Below, piece by piece: positions 13,112 to 26,134 of a stretch of 64,000 bases of DNA. Made by a program: the position numbers and the translations under genes. The DNA comes from Felis catus. Its lineage: Eukaryota. The notes under the pieces are model-generated. The model had not been told where the DNA came from. It worked only from the letters and a program-made list of their open reading frames with translations, and searched no databases. Each line of letters opens with the position of its first letter. Position 1 is the first letter of the stretch. The stretch covers positions 24,616,001 through 24,680,000 of the forward strand of contig NC_058368.1 of assembly GCF_018350175.1 (NCBI RefSeq), in the 5' to 3' direction.

Positions 13112-13187
13112 TTCCAGGAAGCTCGCTTCCTTCAGGAGAGATCACACCTGACGTCAAGAATGTGACCTCACACTCACTTTCTCAGAA
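13112..13187. promoter_or_regulatory. Candidate enhancer motif cluster GAS-CRE-GAS
   Basis: TTCCAGGAA 13112-13120, TGACGTCA 13149-13156, TTCTCAGAA 13179-13187. Confidence 0.35.
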
Positions 13188-13519
13188 AGATTTTCTTGGA
13201 TGAAGGGGTGGTAGTGAGAAAGATGGGTTGCAGAGCGGACAGCCTAAAGGTAGGGAAAAAAGAGGGTACTATAAAGGCTCAGGAGGTTGGTGGGTTACCT
13301 TTGTGTAGCTCCCAACAGAGGGACAGGCACCCATTGATAGTATTTGTGCTGGGCAACTCTGTTCCCAGCCAGAAGGGACTCTCATAAGCGAAGACATCTC
13401 ACCCGATCAGATTCTCTCCTCTGAGAATTTGAAACGTGGAAAAAAAGACACGCAATGGAGGATCTTTTGAGCTGATTAAATAATGGCAGGGCTTTAGGGA
13501 GATCAACTGTTAATTTCTT

Positions 13520-13660
13520 TTTGTAGTGATGACAACGTCCTAAACTTGATTATGGTGATGGTTGCACACGTCTGTGAATATATGAAAAACCACTGCATTG
13601 GTTTACATGGGTTAATGTCATGAAATATGAATTGCATCTCGACAAGCAATGTTATTTTAA
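13520..13660 (+). mobile_element. Old L1M 3' end
   Basis: GATTATGGTGATGGTTGCACACGTCTGTGAATATATGAAAAACCACTG. Confidence 0.75.
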
Positions 13661-14279
13661 AAGTCTATGGAGAAGTAGATATCAAACTGCCTTTCTGAAT
13701 TCCTCAGCAAGTCTGGGGGTTCAGCAGGGCCTCTGCTGGTGTCTGAGGCTCAGACTCACATGTTTAAGGGCCTGGAGGTGGTAACAGCTACAATCGTGCA
13801 GTCCTACAAGGCACTACCAGGATGGCTTTGGCAGCATATTTGTGTCCAGCTGTGCTTGTCCTCTGATCCCAGGACCCCAGATCGCCAGAGAGTGGATACA
13901 TTCTGTTCTGAACCTGAGCCCCAGGTGCTAGGAGAATTCCCGGATTCAGCATCTGGTGATGTCTCATTTGGCCTTTGACCTCAGCAGCTGGAGCCTAATA
14001 CTTTTTGTGCAGAAAATAAATCAGCACACTCTAGCTTTGATATGATGATCAGGGCCGAACAACATTGCCATCTGAGGCCGGTGCGATCTGCCATTAATCA
14101 GAATAATTCAGAATACCCAAGATAGAGCTCTATAGGGCCTGCACTGTCAAATTAATGGATGGGAGGAAGAAAAATCATGTTTCCAGACCTGGCGTAAGTA
14201 GTTTGAAAGTTCAGTCATGTCGTTCAGACCATGTCATTCCCCATTAATATTCTAAAGGAGAGACCTCCAAAACGGAATG

Positions 14280-14518
14280 TGTTCACTCCAAAGGGGGCCC
14301 CAGATAATCCTTTGGGGTGCAACAGCATCGTATTAGAATTTCTATGTATTCTTTACTTCATCCTTTTTAAGTTTCTTTGTTTCTGTTTTTTGATATATAG
14401 AATATTTTAGGAAAATTGTGCAGGCATATTACTTATAAATAGATTAATGCAAATGCAGGTGCTCAAAAATTATGGATAGTTTTAGGCAACTTTTAAAAAC
14501 GTTCAGGGGACTACTATT
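14280..14518. mobile_element. Old hAT MITE (MER103-like)
   Basis: AATCCTTTGGGGTGC...AT-rich body...GGTGCTCAAAAATT...GGGGACTACT. Confidence 0.45.
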
Positions 14519-17019
14519 CTAAAGGATTTTTTGGTTTATTGCTAGACGGAGGGATTGTAAAGGTTGCCCTAGATGACACATTAATTCACATTTGAGACCT
14601 ATCCCAAAAAGGAAACCTGGTTCAGAATACCTATCTGCAAAGACTTGTTGTATAAATTCATCTGAACAGAACTCAAATCTCTGGGGTTTAATCATCTCCC
14701 CACAATTGATGGGAGCAAACCCTCCGTGGCCGGCCCTGTTTGGGTTCCTAAGCTCTTTATCCTTCTTCTTCACCAGTTGGGCAGTTGGGTCCCCATATGT
14801 AGGTTCAGTCCTGCCCCAGCCTGAAGGACCCACCCAGACTTTCAACTGGCGGATTTAAAGTTTGTTTGTTGAGACCTACATTCTTGGCCGAAGGATCAGT
14901 CCTCCTTTGTTGCTGATCTAACTTCAGGCTACTTCCCCAATTCTGAGAACTGGCCTTGTGTTTTGACACTGAGACCAATTCCCAACCCACACCCTGTTTG
15001 TAGTAATTGAATCCTCTCGTATACCCTGTATCTAGGTCTGGATCCAAACAACCCACCTCCTACTCAGTCCTACAAGGATAGGGACAATCGAGGCCTCGCC
15101 CATCTCCAAGCCTATGATGCTGACAGAGATGTCAGTGGTTTGGGTTCTTGGAATGTTTACATGACAAAATGAAGCCATGCATAATTATCTCAAGTATTCT
15201 CAGAGCTGGCTATTAGCACCAGGTATTAATAACCACTAGGAATCTGCCTGATCAGCATTTAGATGTACTCCGTGGTGAACAAAGCTCATCCTTCCAAGAA
15301 CACAAAGCTGTTGCATGGTACCAATCCCCTTTAAATGTAAAGCAAAATCAATAAGACTTCTGAGTGTATCCAATCTGGAGACGACAGATGGCTCCTTGCT
15401 GCTTAGCTCATCTTTGAGAACTAGGCACTACTTGATAATGGTGAGAAATTTAACCATGGTCAAGCAGACTCCCTGAACTCTGGACACCTGCAGACAGCCT
15501 GTCTTCTCTCCCTTGTCCAATCCTTCTTGGGTTGACACCCAAAAGCTGCCTCTATGCATTTAATTACGTGCAAGTTCTACTAGCAATGTCTTTTTTTGCT
15601 TCTTAACTATTTTCACTTTTCCTGTGCTCTCTAAGGAAAAAAAAAACAAAAACCTAATGGTAGGAAATACACTCAAAACTTATAAAGCATTTGGAAGAGT
15701 ATTTAGATTTGTCTTACTTTTTATATCCTGGCTCTTTATAAACTTGTTTATAGCTCTCAGCACATGACCACTCATCAGATTTCACGGCTGACAAAGGGAA
15801 CTGGATCTCATTCTACTTCAGGTGGAGTCTCGTGGATGGAGACCCATTCCGTCTCATCTACCCACGCCTGCCAGAGAAGCAAGCTTGATCGGCTGTTACC
15901 TAACAACCAAACAACTCCTGGAGGTGTAACCAGGAGTTACTGCACCCTGTAGGGTTACCTCATCTGTCCATTTCCAAACACCTGAAATTGTTACAATTAT
16001 CTACCTCATGGGATGATTGATGGAGTAAAGAGTTAAGTGTTAAAATGACTACACAACATTCTTCCCAGCTGTCATGACTGCTACCACAATGCCTATCAAG
16101 GTCTTCAAAATTTAAGAATATTTCATATGAATATTTATGCATAATGTTTTCCTCTGACTGTATAAGGCATACGTTCTTCCTGATGTCTACCTTCAATTCT
16201 TCTTCAGTAGTCCATCATCCTTGCTCTCTCTAGGGTGCTCACTATCACTGAGACCGTGGTTTTCAGTGGATGGAAACCAACCATGGTTTCCTCAAAAGCT
16301 TACCTGATAGTAACATCCCGATAAGCAAGAGATCACTACTTAAAAAAAATAATGTTCAATATTTTATTTATTATTAGCACTCCACCTTCCAGAGCATAAA
16401 CCTTATATTGACTTAAAAGTTTCATTAATTGCCTTCAAGGAGCAGTAAACTCGTATGAAAGTTCATGGAAAGATTCGAAATTCTGAGAAGAGAAAGCAGA
16501 GCGAAGCCAATTTCAGGGGGAAAAAAATACAGTCTCTAATACCTGGAGTGGAATCATCTGGAGGTTTGCACTCCAGCTGAAAAAACTTAGAAAGTTGTAT
16601 GATCTCTCAAGCCGCATTTCCTTGTCTGTAAGACCGGCGTAGGAGTTAGAGCAAGGTTAACGCGCGGTAGCAAAGAGACTTGAAAATACAGTAGCCTAAA
16701 GAACGGAAAAGCTTCTTTTTATCACAGGTGATGATTCTCAGGTGAGTATTCCAGTTGGCCACGCAGCTCTGCTCAGAGCAACCATTTAAGGATGCGTTAA
16801 GGATGCAGTATCATACTTAAATCCCACTTGTAACTCCACGAGAGTGCTAAAATCCGTTCTTCGTTCTTCTGGGGCACGCGGCTACCCCCCCCCCCCATGC
16901 TGTGTTTTCGACTTTGCCGCATGAATTGGCAAAGAATTTCTCAAACGCTATCTTGGAAACTGTGAGGCACAATTTAATGAAATTTGATGACATAAAGAAT
17001 TATCATTTTTGTGGCACGT

Positions 17020-17262
17020 TACAGGAAGCCCAGATCATGTCTATGGAAGGACTATGGATAGATGCTCTGATGGACCCGCCCAGCCGACCTACCAGCCAAG
17101 AGTCCGCGGCAGCTGTTAGCTGTCCCCTCCCACATGGAGACAGGTGAGTGAAGGAGACATCAACGAGTAGCTCCTCCAGTCCCAGCGACATAACTGATGC
17201 CTGGAGGATGGATACTAAGCATCCAGCTGAGCCCTTTCTAAATTCCTGACCCGTAAAACATT
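17020..17262 (+). mobile_element. MaLR LTR fragment (MLT1-like)
   Basis: CCAGCTGAGCCCTTTCTAAATTCCTGACCC motif. Confidence 0.55.
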
Positions 17263-18729
17263 AAAAAAAAAAAAAAAAAAATGGTTGTCCTGATTTAGAA
17301 CAGAGTTTAAGGAAGAGTCTGAGCTGAAAACACAGATCTGAGATTCCCAAGCATATAAGCGGTGATTGAAAAGTACTGGAGATCGAGAATATCACTCCAG
17401 GATGGAGAGTCAAAACAAACAGGGTACCAATCCTCGTGGGTGGTCCGAGGAGAAGGAAACTAAGTGTAAGCGAGGCTGGGAAGAAAGGGTTAAGCAAGAA
17501 GAGATGGAAAATAATTTTGCTTTATTGAGTTTAACTTATGGTGGATTACCTGAAACTCTAAATTCACTCAGATCCATAGATTTATTCAAATGATTGCATG
17601 TAGATCATGTGAGAGGCAGTTGTTAAAAACTTGGAGTGGCAGAGGCAGACCAGATTCAGACATAAAGCCCAGTCCTTCGGGTCTTCGCAGTGGGTGTTTT
17701 TTAAAAACATCATTATTATTCTTTTTCTTCTTTAAGATATACAGTAAAATACAATAAAATTCCTCCTTGACTAGTAAACAGTCCCGCGCATTTTGACGAA
17801 GCGTATTGGTGTATCCCCAGCCCTTCTTTGACTTGGCCTCACGCCTTTTTGAGATTCGTCCGCGTTGTTATGTAGATCAGTAATTCATTCCTTTGTCATC
17901 CCTGAGTAGTAGTCTATGGTATGGAGGTATCATATTTGTGAATTCATTCCCCAGCTAGGGGAAACTTGTGCGTTTTCTCATTTGGGGCAATTTGCTGTAA
18001 TACAGGTTTTTGTGGGAACATAAATTTTCATTCACTTGGGTAAATACTTAGGAGTGGGATTACTAGGTCATATGGTAAGCGGATGCTTACTATATAAGAA
18101 ATTGCCAATTTCTTTCTGGAAGTGGCTGTACCATTTTGTGTTCCCACCAGCAACCTGTGAGCAGCGCAATGACCCCTCGTCTGCGTTTGATATTATCAGG
18201 TGTTCCATGTCTTTAAATGTCAGCCATCCTGGTAGGTGTCTACCTCACTGAGGTTTTAATTTTGCATTTCCCTAACGACTAATGGTGTTAACGATGCCCA
18301 TCTTTTCGTGTCCTTATTTGCCATTATTTATCATCTCTGGTCAATGGGGTACTCAAGTGTGTTCTCCATAGTTTTATAAAAAAGGATTGTTTTCCTACTA
18401 TTGAGTTTTGAGACTTCTGGATACATTCCGGAAACAAGACTTTTATCAAATGTGTAATTTGGAAGTATTTTCTCCCGGTCTGAGTTGTCTTCACATTTTC
18501 TTAACAGAGTCTTTCAAAAAGTAGACGTTCTTAATTCCAGTAAAGTTCACCATGTCATTTTTCTATGGATGGTGACTTTTGTGTCATTTCTGAAGTATCC
18601 ACTCATAACCCAGAGGTCACAAAGATTTTTCTCCTGTGTCTTCTTCTGGAAGTTTTAGGTTTTACATGTATGTGTAGGAGTTAATTTTTGTATATGGAGA
18701 GAAGTATGGATCAAGGTTTATTTTTTTTT

Positions 18730-18952
18730 ATTTAAAAAAATTTTTTTAACGTTTATCTTTATTTTTGAGACAGAGAGAGACAGAGCATGAACAGGGGAGG
18801 AGCAGAGAGAGAGGGAGACACAGAATCTGAAGCAGGCTCCAGGCTCTGAGCTGTCAGCACAGAGCCCGACGCGTGGCTTGAACTCTTCAACTTCGAGATC
18901 ATGACCTGAGCTGAAGTCGGAAGCTCAACCGACTGAGCCACGCAGGTACCCC
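18730..18952 (-). mobile_element. Can-SINE inside L1
   Basis: TSD CAAGGTTTATTTTTTTTT. Confidence 0.95.
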
Positions 18953-19181
18953 AAGGTTTATTTTTTTTTAATGTAGCTATCCAACTGTTCCAGCACATTT
19001 GTTGAAAAAAACTGTCCTTTCTCCAGTGAATTCAGTGAATTGCCTTTCCATCTTTGTCAAAAAGTCAACTGACCATATATGTCTGAGTCTATTTTTGGAC
19101 TCTATTCTGTTCTATCATTCTATATGTCCACCCTTTCCCCAAAACCACAGTCTTGATTACTGTAGCTTTATGTTAAGTCTT

Positions 19182-19420
19182 TTTTAAATTTAAATTTAAT
19201 TTTAAATTAAAAAAAACAATACATTTATTTATTATTGAGAGAGAGAGACAGAGCATGTACAGGGGAGGGGCAGAGATAGGGGGAGACACAGAATTAGAAG
19301 CAGGACCCAGGCTCTAAGCTGTCAGCACAGAGCCCCATGTGGGACTCGAACTCACAAACCGCAAGATTATGACCTGAGCTGAAGTCAGATGCTTAACCGA
19401 ATGAGCCACCCAGCCACCCC
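19182..19420 (-). mobile_element. Can-SINE inside L1
   Basis: TSD CTTTATGTTAAGTCTT. Confidence 0.95.
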
Positions 19421-20356
19421 ACTTTATGTTAAGTCTTGAAATCAGGTAGTAATTATCTTTACGTTTTGATCACTACACTATCAAGAAATGTCGGAATAAC
19501 AACTATACTAATAACAACTATACTAACAAAGTCAATTAACTTAAATTAGAGAAAACAAATGAATGCTTAACCTTTTATCACAAACTCTCAGATAGATAAA
19601 ACATGTTACTTCTAAGTCAGAACATGGTGAGTGCATATCCAGGCCAAACTGCTAGCCCTTTGCAATACATAACATCTATCAAATAATTTTAAAGTACAAA
19701 ACATGACCATTTTTTTATTGTACAATTTCTACACACAATCTTTAAACAAAATAACCCTCGTATTCTGGTGCTGACCTCTACGCTGCCATGAATCCACTGT
19801 AATTTCAAAACAACGTAAACAACAAGAGAAATAGAAATAATAAAGAATTCATCACTCCAACTTTTACTTTTCTACGGCAGCATTATTGCTTCATAACTAT
19901 TTTTAGACTGAAAAGAAGGAGAATCTAAGAGCCTGCAGGCAACTTCGGGCAATTTTGATAACTTACACACTTTCGATTTTTGAAGGAAACCTGCGGCAAA
20001 AGAATGAAGACAGATGACATTCCTCGCAGCGATGTTTTTGTCAGACCTGCTACTTAACCTGCGCGCTGTGTTTCACAGGGGCCGGGTAGGGAGCCCTCCC
20101 GGGTTCAAGCCCATGGAATCGCACCCAAGTGAATCTCAGCTTGCTTTCTGTGACAGCAAAAGAAATAGTACTAACTAAAGTCAGTAACTAAAGTTGTTAA
20201 AAGGTTAACGGGAATTATGCACGGAAGTGTTGACCTTAAAATAAAAAAAAATTTAAAAAGAAGAAAGAGCTATGTCACGAAGCAAGTTTATCCAGGAATG
20301 GCCAAGAATTCTCCAGAAGAACAGATATTGAGGAAAGGTTAAAAATAACCTTTTGT

Positions 20357-20606
20357 GGGGCACCTGGGTGGCCCAGTCGGTTAAGGTAAGGTAAGTCGGT
20401 TAAGTAACTCTAGATTGTGGCTCAGATCATAATCACAGAGTTCGTGAGTTCGAGCACTGCCTTGGGCTCCACACTGCCAGTGTGGATTGGGACTCTCCCC
20501 CCACACGCCTTTCTCTCTCTTTCTCTCTCTCTCTCTCGCTCGCTCGCTCTCGCTCTCGCTCTCTCTACCCCTCCCCCGCTTACTCTAAGTAAATAAACTT
20601 TAAAAA
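20357..20606 (+). mobile_element. Can-SINE with (CT)n/(CTCG)n and small head duplication
   Basis: Head GGGGCACCTGGGTGGCCCAGTCGGTTAAG repeated in part; TSD-like AACCTTT. Confidence 0.92.
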
Positions 20607-20649
20607 GAAAAACCTTTCGAGAATACAGCCTCATACGTTTTATTTTTTC

Positions 20650-21000
20650 GCTAAAATTCCTTTGAAATCTCTTCTTCCATTCTTATTAACATACGTCTTT
20701 GAGACTGATATCTCTACTATGTGTGTCGTTAAGGCAAAACAGAAATAGTCTAGATATAGATTATCCTCACCAAACCGTTTCTATCAATGCAATGTAGGTC
20801 ACAAGCAAGAGGCAAATATATTTGTCATACAAAAAACTTTAAATATTGATATACACAACATTCACTGAAAGCGGGTATAGATATGTTTAATATTGAGAAA
20901 ACTATTTCACTCCTAATTTTTTGTTTACTTATAACCGCCAAAAGTTATGAGCATAATACAGATTTTCTTTGCTCGTTGTCGAAATCCACATTTCAATAAA
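20650..21000 (+). mobile_element. hAT-Charlie (Charlie1-like) transposase C-terminal fossil
   Basis: From 20653 reads KIPLKSLLPFLLTYVFETDISTMCVVKAK, then after a frameshift RNSLDIDYP ... TSKRQIYLSY, matching the hAT C-terminal dimerisation motif. Confidence 0.75.
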
Positions 21001-21251
21001 CCTGCATACTTTTTGTGATTCTTTCCTTTTTTGTTCTGTTTTTGCTACAGTTACGTGTGCTGAAAGGCAATTTGAAGTTTGCTGAGGCTGACGATAAAAT
21101 AACGGAGCTTGTTTATTTTATGTATTTTTGAACTCATATTTCTGGTAATTCGTGTTGAATTGCTTGACGGAAGTGCTGATCCTAGGTGGACTGGAAATTG
21201 AGAGCCCTGGCTTTTTACCACAGATGGTTCGAGAAGCCGTGCCAGGACACC

Positions 21252-21416
21252 ACGCTTCTCCAACTTTCCGTGTGTATGAATCACTGAGGGTCTTGTTTAG
21301 GAAGCAGATTCTGGTTTGGTCTGTCTGGGGTGGGGTCCGAGATACTGTATTTCTAATAAGCTTCCCAGTGATCTAAATAATGCTGGTATCAGGGCCACAC
21401 TCAGAATAACAAGGCT
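21252..21416. mobile_element. MER5-like hAT MITE
   Basis: GAATCACTGAGGGTCTTGTT...GCAGATTCTG...TTTCTAATAAGCTTCCCAGTGAT. Confidence 0.8.
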
Positions 21417-23249
21417 AGAAAGTGGGAAATTGATGTAAGGTTTTGAAACACCGTAGAAAGGATTAAGGGGAAAGAATAGCAGAAAGGGCCCAAGAGAAGC
21501 AGAACTGTGAAATCAGCCCATGACTTTTGATAGAATTCTCGCACCAGGCACCGCTGAAAGTCTGATCGGTAGTCTGGAAGTAATTGTCATAGTTATGCAA
21601 GGAGCCCGTGTTGTGAAAATGACCGGTGTGTTCACCAAGGGTTGCCCCGACAACAAGCTGGGTGAGACTTCCCACGGGTGGGGGCTCTGCCTATATTGGA
21701 CAGGTGGCTGCTGCACCGCCCCCCACCCCCAGTGGTAGCAGGGGGTGGTTATAATACCCCGTGGGCCTCAGGGACCCCACCTGCTCTAAGTTGTCTCATG
21801 GGAAGAAGGCCTGGTGTTCCGAGACCAGTCTGCAAACAGTGATCATGCAGTCTAGGTGTTCCTGACCAGGCGGCTTCCTCATACTTGGCCTAAGAAAACT
21901 GACCCACAAAGGGGAAAAGTTGTTCCATGAAACAAAACCATGGCCCTGGCTCATCTTTCCAGGTGTGATCCTCATCCAGGGACGACGGAGAGACTGGTGG
22001 GCCATATTCACCTCTGCCTCATTGTTCTGTGCATTTTTCTTGCTTCCTTAAAGGACTTTTCTGAAACCTCTATGGTAGAACACGGTAGAATTCGCCCTGA
22101 CCTTCCTTGTATGAGTAATGGCAGCCTGGAAAGGACCCTTGTGACCTGAAGGTCATTATTTCACAAAGTCTAACAGACACTACATTTGGCTAAGGTAAAT
22201 CTGTACAAGCAAGTACTTAATAAATTACCGTTCAGAGAAATAGTTTAAATATTTTTGGGAGCAGAATAAAATGATAATATGGAAGGGGTTCTTGGAGAGA
22301 AAAAAAGGAAGACCCATCTGAGCTAGTCTTACCCACTTAAAGTAGTATTCATTGGAACATTCATTTGTGCTGTATCCTCCTTGGATTTTTACCCTCTCTT
22401 TTGATTTCGGAACGTGGCTGGGCTTTTGGGTTCTCTTGCTTCACTGCTCACAGCAGAAGTTTCTTGGAGATAACCCCACTACCACCTCCAGTTTCCCAGC
22501 AGTAGCTCTTAAAAGCCTAAAGGGGATTATGCTCTATCTTCCCAGGAAGAGAGGAGAGGAGTGAACGTCTCTAAGGTGGAAAGCGGTAGAAGCTGTGATA
22601 ACATAGTAGGCAGAGGGCTTCTCCCAGGTCTGGGACAAGGACGGGGGGGAAATGCCAGTGACCTGAGCCTCTGCCCCTTGCAGCATCTCTGGGAGGCGAC
22701 CACGCCTTACAAAGGAATGTCTGGATAGAGCACCAAAGGCGGATGGACCGTCTGCATGGAGGCTCCCGTGCCCGACCAAGAGCCTATGCTTGTTTGGCAA
22801 AGAAGTAGCAAGTGACCTACCTTGAAGGACCTTGACAGAAGACCTAGCACCAGCCCAGTTTACGGGCTAAAGACAGAGGGTCCTTTTCTCAGATGTTCGT
22901 GGGGGAGGGAGGAGACTATCAATAGGATTAACACTAAATTTCCTGCCTCCCTGGTGGGGTCAGGGTCAGAGTTAACCTGGCTTTGAAAGAATGAAAGGAT
23001 GTAACGGTATCTAGTGCACCCAAGTTTGTGGGGGGTAAAGTTCAGAGCTTCTTCATGATTCAGATGACCGAACTAAGCTTTGAGATTACAGATACAATGA
23101 TTTCTCCAAGGTCATGCAATGAACTGAGGGCAGAGGTCATTGTTTTATTCTCTATAGCATGTTGCCTTCCTTATTGTATCTGATTAGAGTTCAGGTGGCT
23201 AAGAGAAAACAGATCCAATCCTAAAACTATTCAATAATAGTAGTAATGG

Positions 23250-23480
23250 CAATGGCAATGGCAATGGTAATGATACAAACATAGCACTATCACGCCGGGG
23301 GACTTTACATTTGTAATTCAATTTAATTTTCATAACGCTCTACAGTAACTATCGTGGTCTCCATCTTATAGAAATTGGAACCTCAGAGAATTTCACTAGC
23401 TGGTACACCTGGGAAAGGCCGACTCAGGGTTTGAGCCAGGCAGGCTGTTCCCGGAGTGTTTACACCTACACCACACTGTT
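23250..23480 (-). mobile_element. MIR
   Basis: TTTAATTTTCATAAC...CTAGCTGG...GGGTTTGAGCCAGGCAG. Confidence 0.6.
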
Positions 23481-24182
23481 CTCAACCCACACATCTGAGC
23501 TTCAAGAAATGAGGGCAAAAGCCTTGCCATCTGTTTTCGATTCAACCAACCTGATTTATTTTCGGCTTTATGCATCGAGAGTGTGCTAATATGAAATCCT
23601 GTGTGGCTAGTCTGTTCCAATTAGGGGAAAAAGCAGCGCTTTGTATCAATGGTGTCCTTTATTCTCAATGTGAAATTCTCTTCGCCTAGCAGTGACCGGT
23701 GCCCAGACCCCAATTCTGCCTTTCACTCTACACCTCCAGAAAGTTTTCGAAGGTAGCAGGGATTTAAGCGACTGTGAACCTCGAAGAGCGTCTCACAGCT
23801 GAGGCACTTTGAAAATGAAACCATGTTATTTTGTCGTAGGTTCGGCAAAATACGCTCAAAGTCAGTACATTCCTTGTCTGGTTTCCAACAGCGGTGCTGT
23901 TAGCCAGTGGTCACCCACATGCCTCTAGTCTACGTGTGAGTGAGGCATAAAATTCTGTTTGAACAAACCGGCTTTGACTTTCTCGTCCTTCCAGAAATCG
24001 AATTCCTCATAGCCACAACACTGAGCAATTTCACGTGGTGGTAAGTAAGACCACATTTTCCATACTTGATTTTCCCGTCTCTGATAAATGGCATGAATGG
24101 AGTCTTCAGGTTCTAAACACCCTGGATAGCAACCCTTTTTACTCCTGGACTCTCATTTTGCTGCTGTCTCAAGTAAAGAAGG

Positions 24183-24765
24183 TGTTATGGGCCAGACGTG
24201 TGTATCCCCCCCCACCACCCGCCATCCATATGTTGAAATCCTAACACCCAATGTGATGGCATTTAGGGGGTGGGGCCTTTGTGACGTGATTGAGTCATAA
24301 GGGTAGACCCCACATGAATGGGATTAGCGCCCTTATAAAAGAGACCCCAGGAGCACCTGGGTAGCTCAGTTGGTTCAGCGTCAGACTCTCGATCTCAGCT
24401 CAGGTCACGATCTCACCGTTTGTGAGTCTGAGTCCTACGTTGGGCTCTACGCTGACCGTGCGGAGCCTGCGTGGGATTCTCTCTCTCTCTCTGCCCCTTC
24501 TCTTCTCGTACACTCTCTCTCTTTCTCTCTCTCTCTCTCAGGTAAACAAATAAACATTAAAAGGACAGAGAGAGAGAGAGAGAGACCCCAGAGACCTTCC
24601 TACTTCTTCCTCCCATGTGAGGACACAGAGAGATGTCAGCTGTGTGCGGCCTGGGAAAATGTTCTCGTCCCTTATTGTGTCTGATTAGAGTTCGGGTGGC
24701 CAACTGTGCTGGCACTTGGGTCTTGGCCTTCCAGCCTCCAGAACGGGGAGCAACACATTTCTGCA
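24183..24765 (+). mobile_element. MLT1A-type MaLR LTR split by a Can-SINE
   Basis: TATGTTGAAATCCTAACACCCAATGTGATGGCATT...ATGAATGGGATTAGCGCCCTTATAAAAGAGACCCCA | CTTCCAGCCTCCAGAAC. Confidence 0.85.
24350..24562 (+). mobile_element. Can-SINE inside MLT1A
   Basis: TSD AGAGACCCCAG. Confidence 0.92.
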
Positions 24766-25192
24766 TATATATTATACTACATATCAGATATGTAGCATAT
24801 AATGTTTATATATTACTCGGCCTGCATTTGCTGTATCTGCCCACGGAGATCAGAGAGAGCCGCAAGGAAGCCGTGTCCCTTCATTCTCTCGGTCTTCCCT
24901 CTCTGGGACCCTTCTTGATGATGGGGCACCTTCTTACTCGTGGGGGAAACAGAGTCCTGGCTGACAAACAAGGAGAATCAAAGGATAAGAGCTAAAAGCC
25001 CAGCTCGTGAAAGGGAGGCTCTGCCCCAGCAGAAGACGCAGAGCCCTCTGAATCCCCAGGTCTGAACTCGCTGTCCCCGGATCCCGAGAGAGAAAAAGCG
25101 GGCAAGAGCGCTCTGCAGGGCTCTCCTCCCGGCGGCGCCCTTGGTGGGGTCAGAAACAGCCCCTTCGGAAGAACGTCGCCATCGTCTGGGCG

Positions 25193-25555
25193 CAATGGAA
25201 TGTTATTCAGCCTGAAAAAAAGAACGACATTCTGACACCGGCCACAGCACGGATGCACCTCGAAGACAGCGCGCCGAGTGAAATAAGGCAGACACCGCGG
25301 ACAAAGGCCATATGGATCCACTTACTCGGGGTACCCAGAGCGGTGAAAGGCCCAGAGACAGGAGGTAGACCCGTGGCTGCCGGGGGCCGGGGGAGGAGGG
25401 GATGAGGACGGGGATCCACCCTGGAAAGACGCAGCGTCGGTGGAGGTGGTGGGTGCAACCACGAAAATACGGTTCGGGTGCTACATCTTACATTGTGTGT
25501 CCCCCCCCCCAAAAAAAGAACTTTGCATGAAAATTGCAATGATCAGTTTTATGTT
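25193..25555 (+). mobile_element. L1MB-like 3' fragment, strongly GC/CpG-shifted
   Basis: CAATGGAATGTTATTCAGCC...AGTGAAATAAGGCAG...TCCACTTA...AGAGACAG...GGCTGCCGGGGGC. Confidence 0.8.
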
Positions 25556-25907
25556 GAAGCTAGAAAGGCCCTTACCGATCATCGGGGACAACAGGGCCCG
25601 TTCAGAGCGAGGTAAACCGAGGCCCACCGAGCAGGTGAAGTGACTTATTAAGAAGCTCACCGCTAATTAGAGGTGCAGTCGGGCCTAAAGGGGGGGCCCC
25701 TTCAGCCTCCCCAGCCACCCTTCTTCCCGCTGCCCCTGTAACAAGCCCAGGCCTCCCGGATACACACACACTGTGGGGAGACAGAGGGCCCCTCTCCAGG
25801 GCCCCACAACACTGACACCTTCCTTGGAGCAGGCCCACCTGGCATTGTTTTTGTTTTGTGGGTTGCCTGTTCCCCCCAGACTCGAACCTCCTTGAGAGGA
25901 ACACTTT

Positions 25908-26124
25908 AAAAAAAATTTTTTTTAAACATTTATTTATTATTGAGAGACAGAGACAGAGTGCGAGCAGGGGAGGGGCAGAGAGAGGGGGAGACACAGAATC
26001 CGAAGGGGGCTCCAGGCTCCGAGCTGTCAGCACAGAGCCCAGTGTGGGGCTCGAACTCACCAACGTGAGATCATGACCTGAGCCCAAGTCGGACGCTTTA
26101 CCGACTGAGCCACCCAGGCGCCCC
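25908..26124 (-). mobile_element. Can-SINE
   Basis: TSD AGGAACACTTT. Confidence 0.95.
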
Positions 26125-26134
26125 AAGGAACACT

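Larger units (their letters stand above)
17730..19450 (-). mobile_element. Old L1M fragment, interrupted by two Can-SINEs
   Basis: CTTGGGTAAATACTTAGGAGTGGGATTACTAGGTCATATGG; TGTTCCAGCACATTTGTTGAAAA; GTCTTGATTACTGTAGCTTTA. Confidence 0.88.

Noticed and set aside
14600..15150. Possible very old LTR remnants here and at about 21700-22150
   Set aside because: LTR-like composition, but no family-diagnostic motif I can support.
25131..25150. Possible CTCF sites GCGCCCTTGGTGG here and CCCTAGGGGCG near 58500
   Set aside because: Each is one base short of the core spacing.
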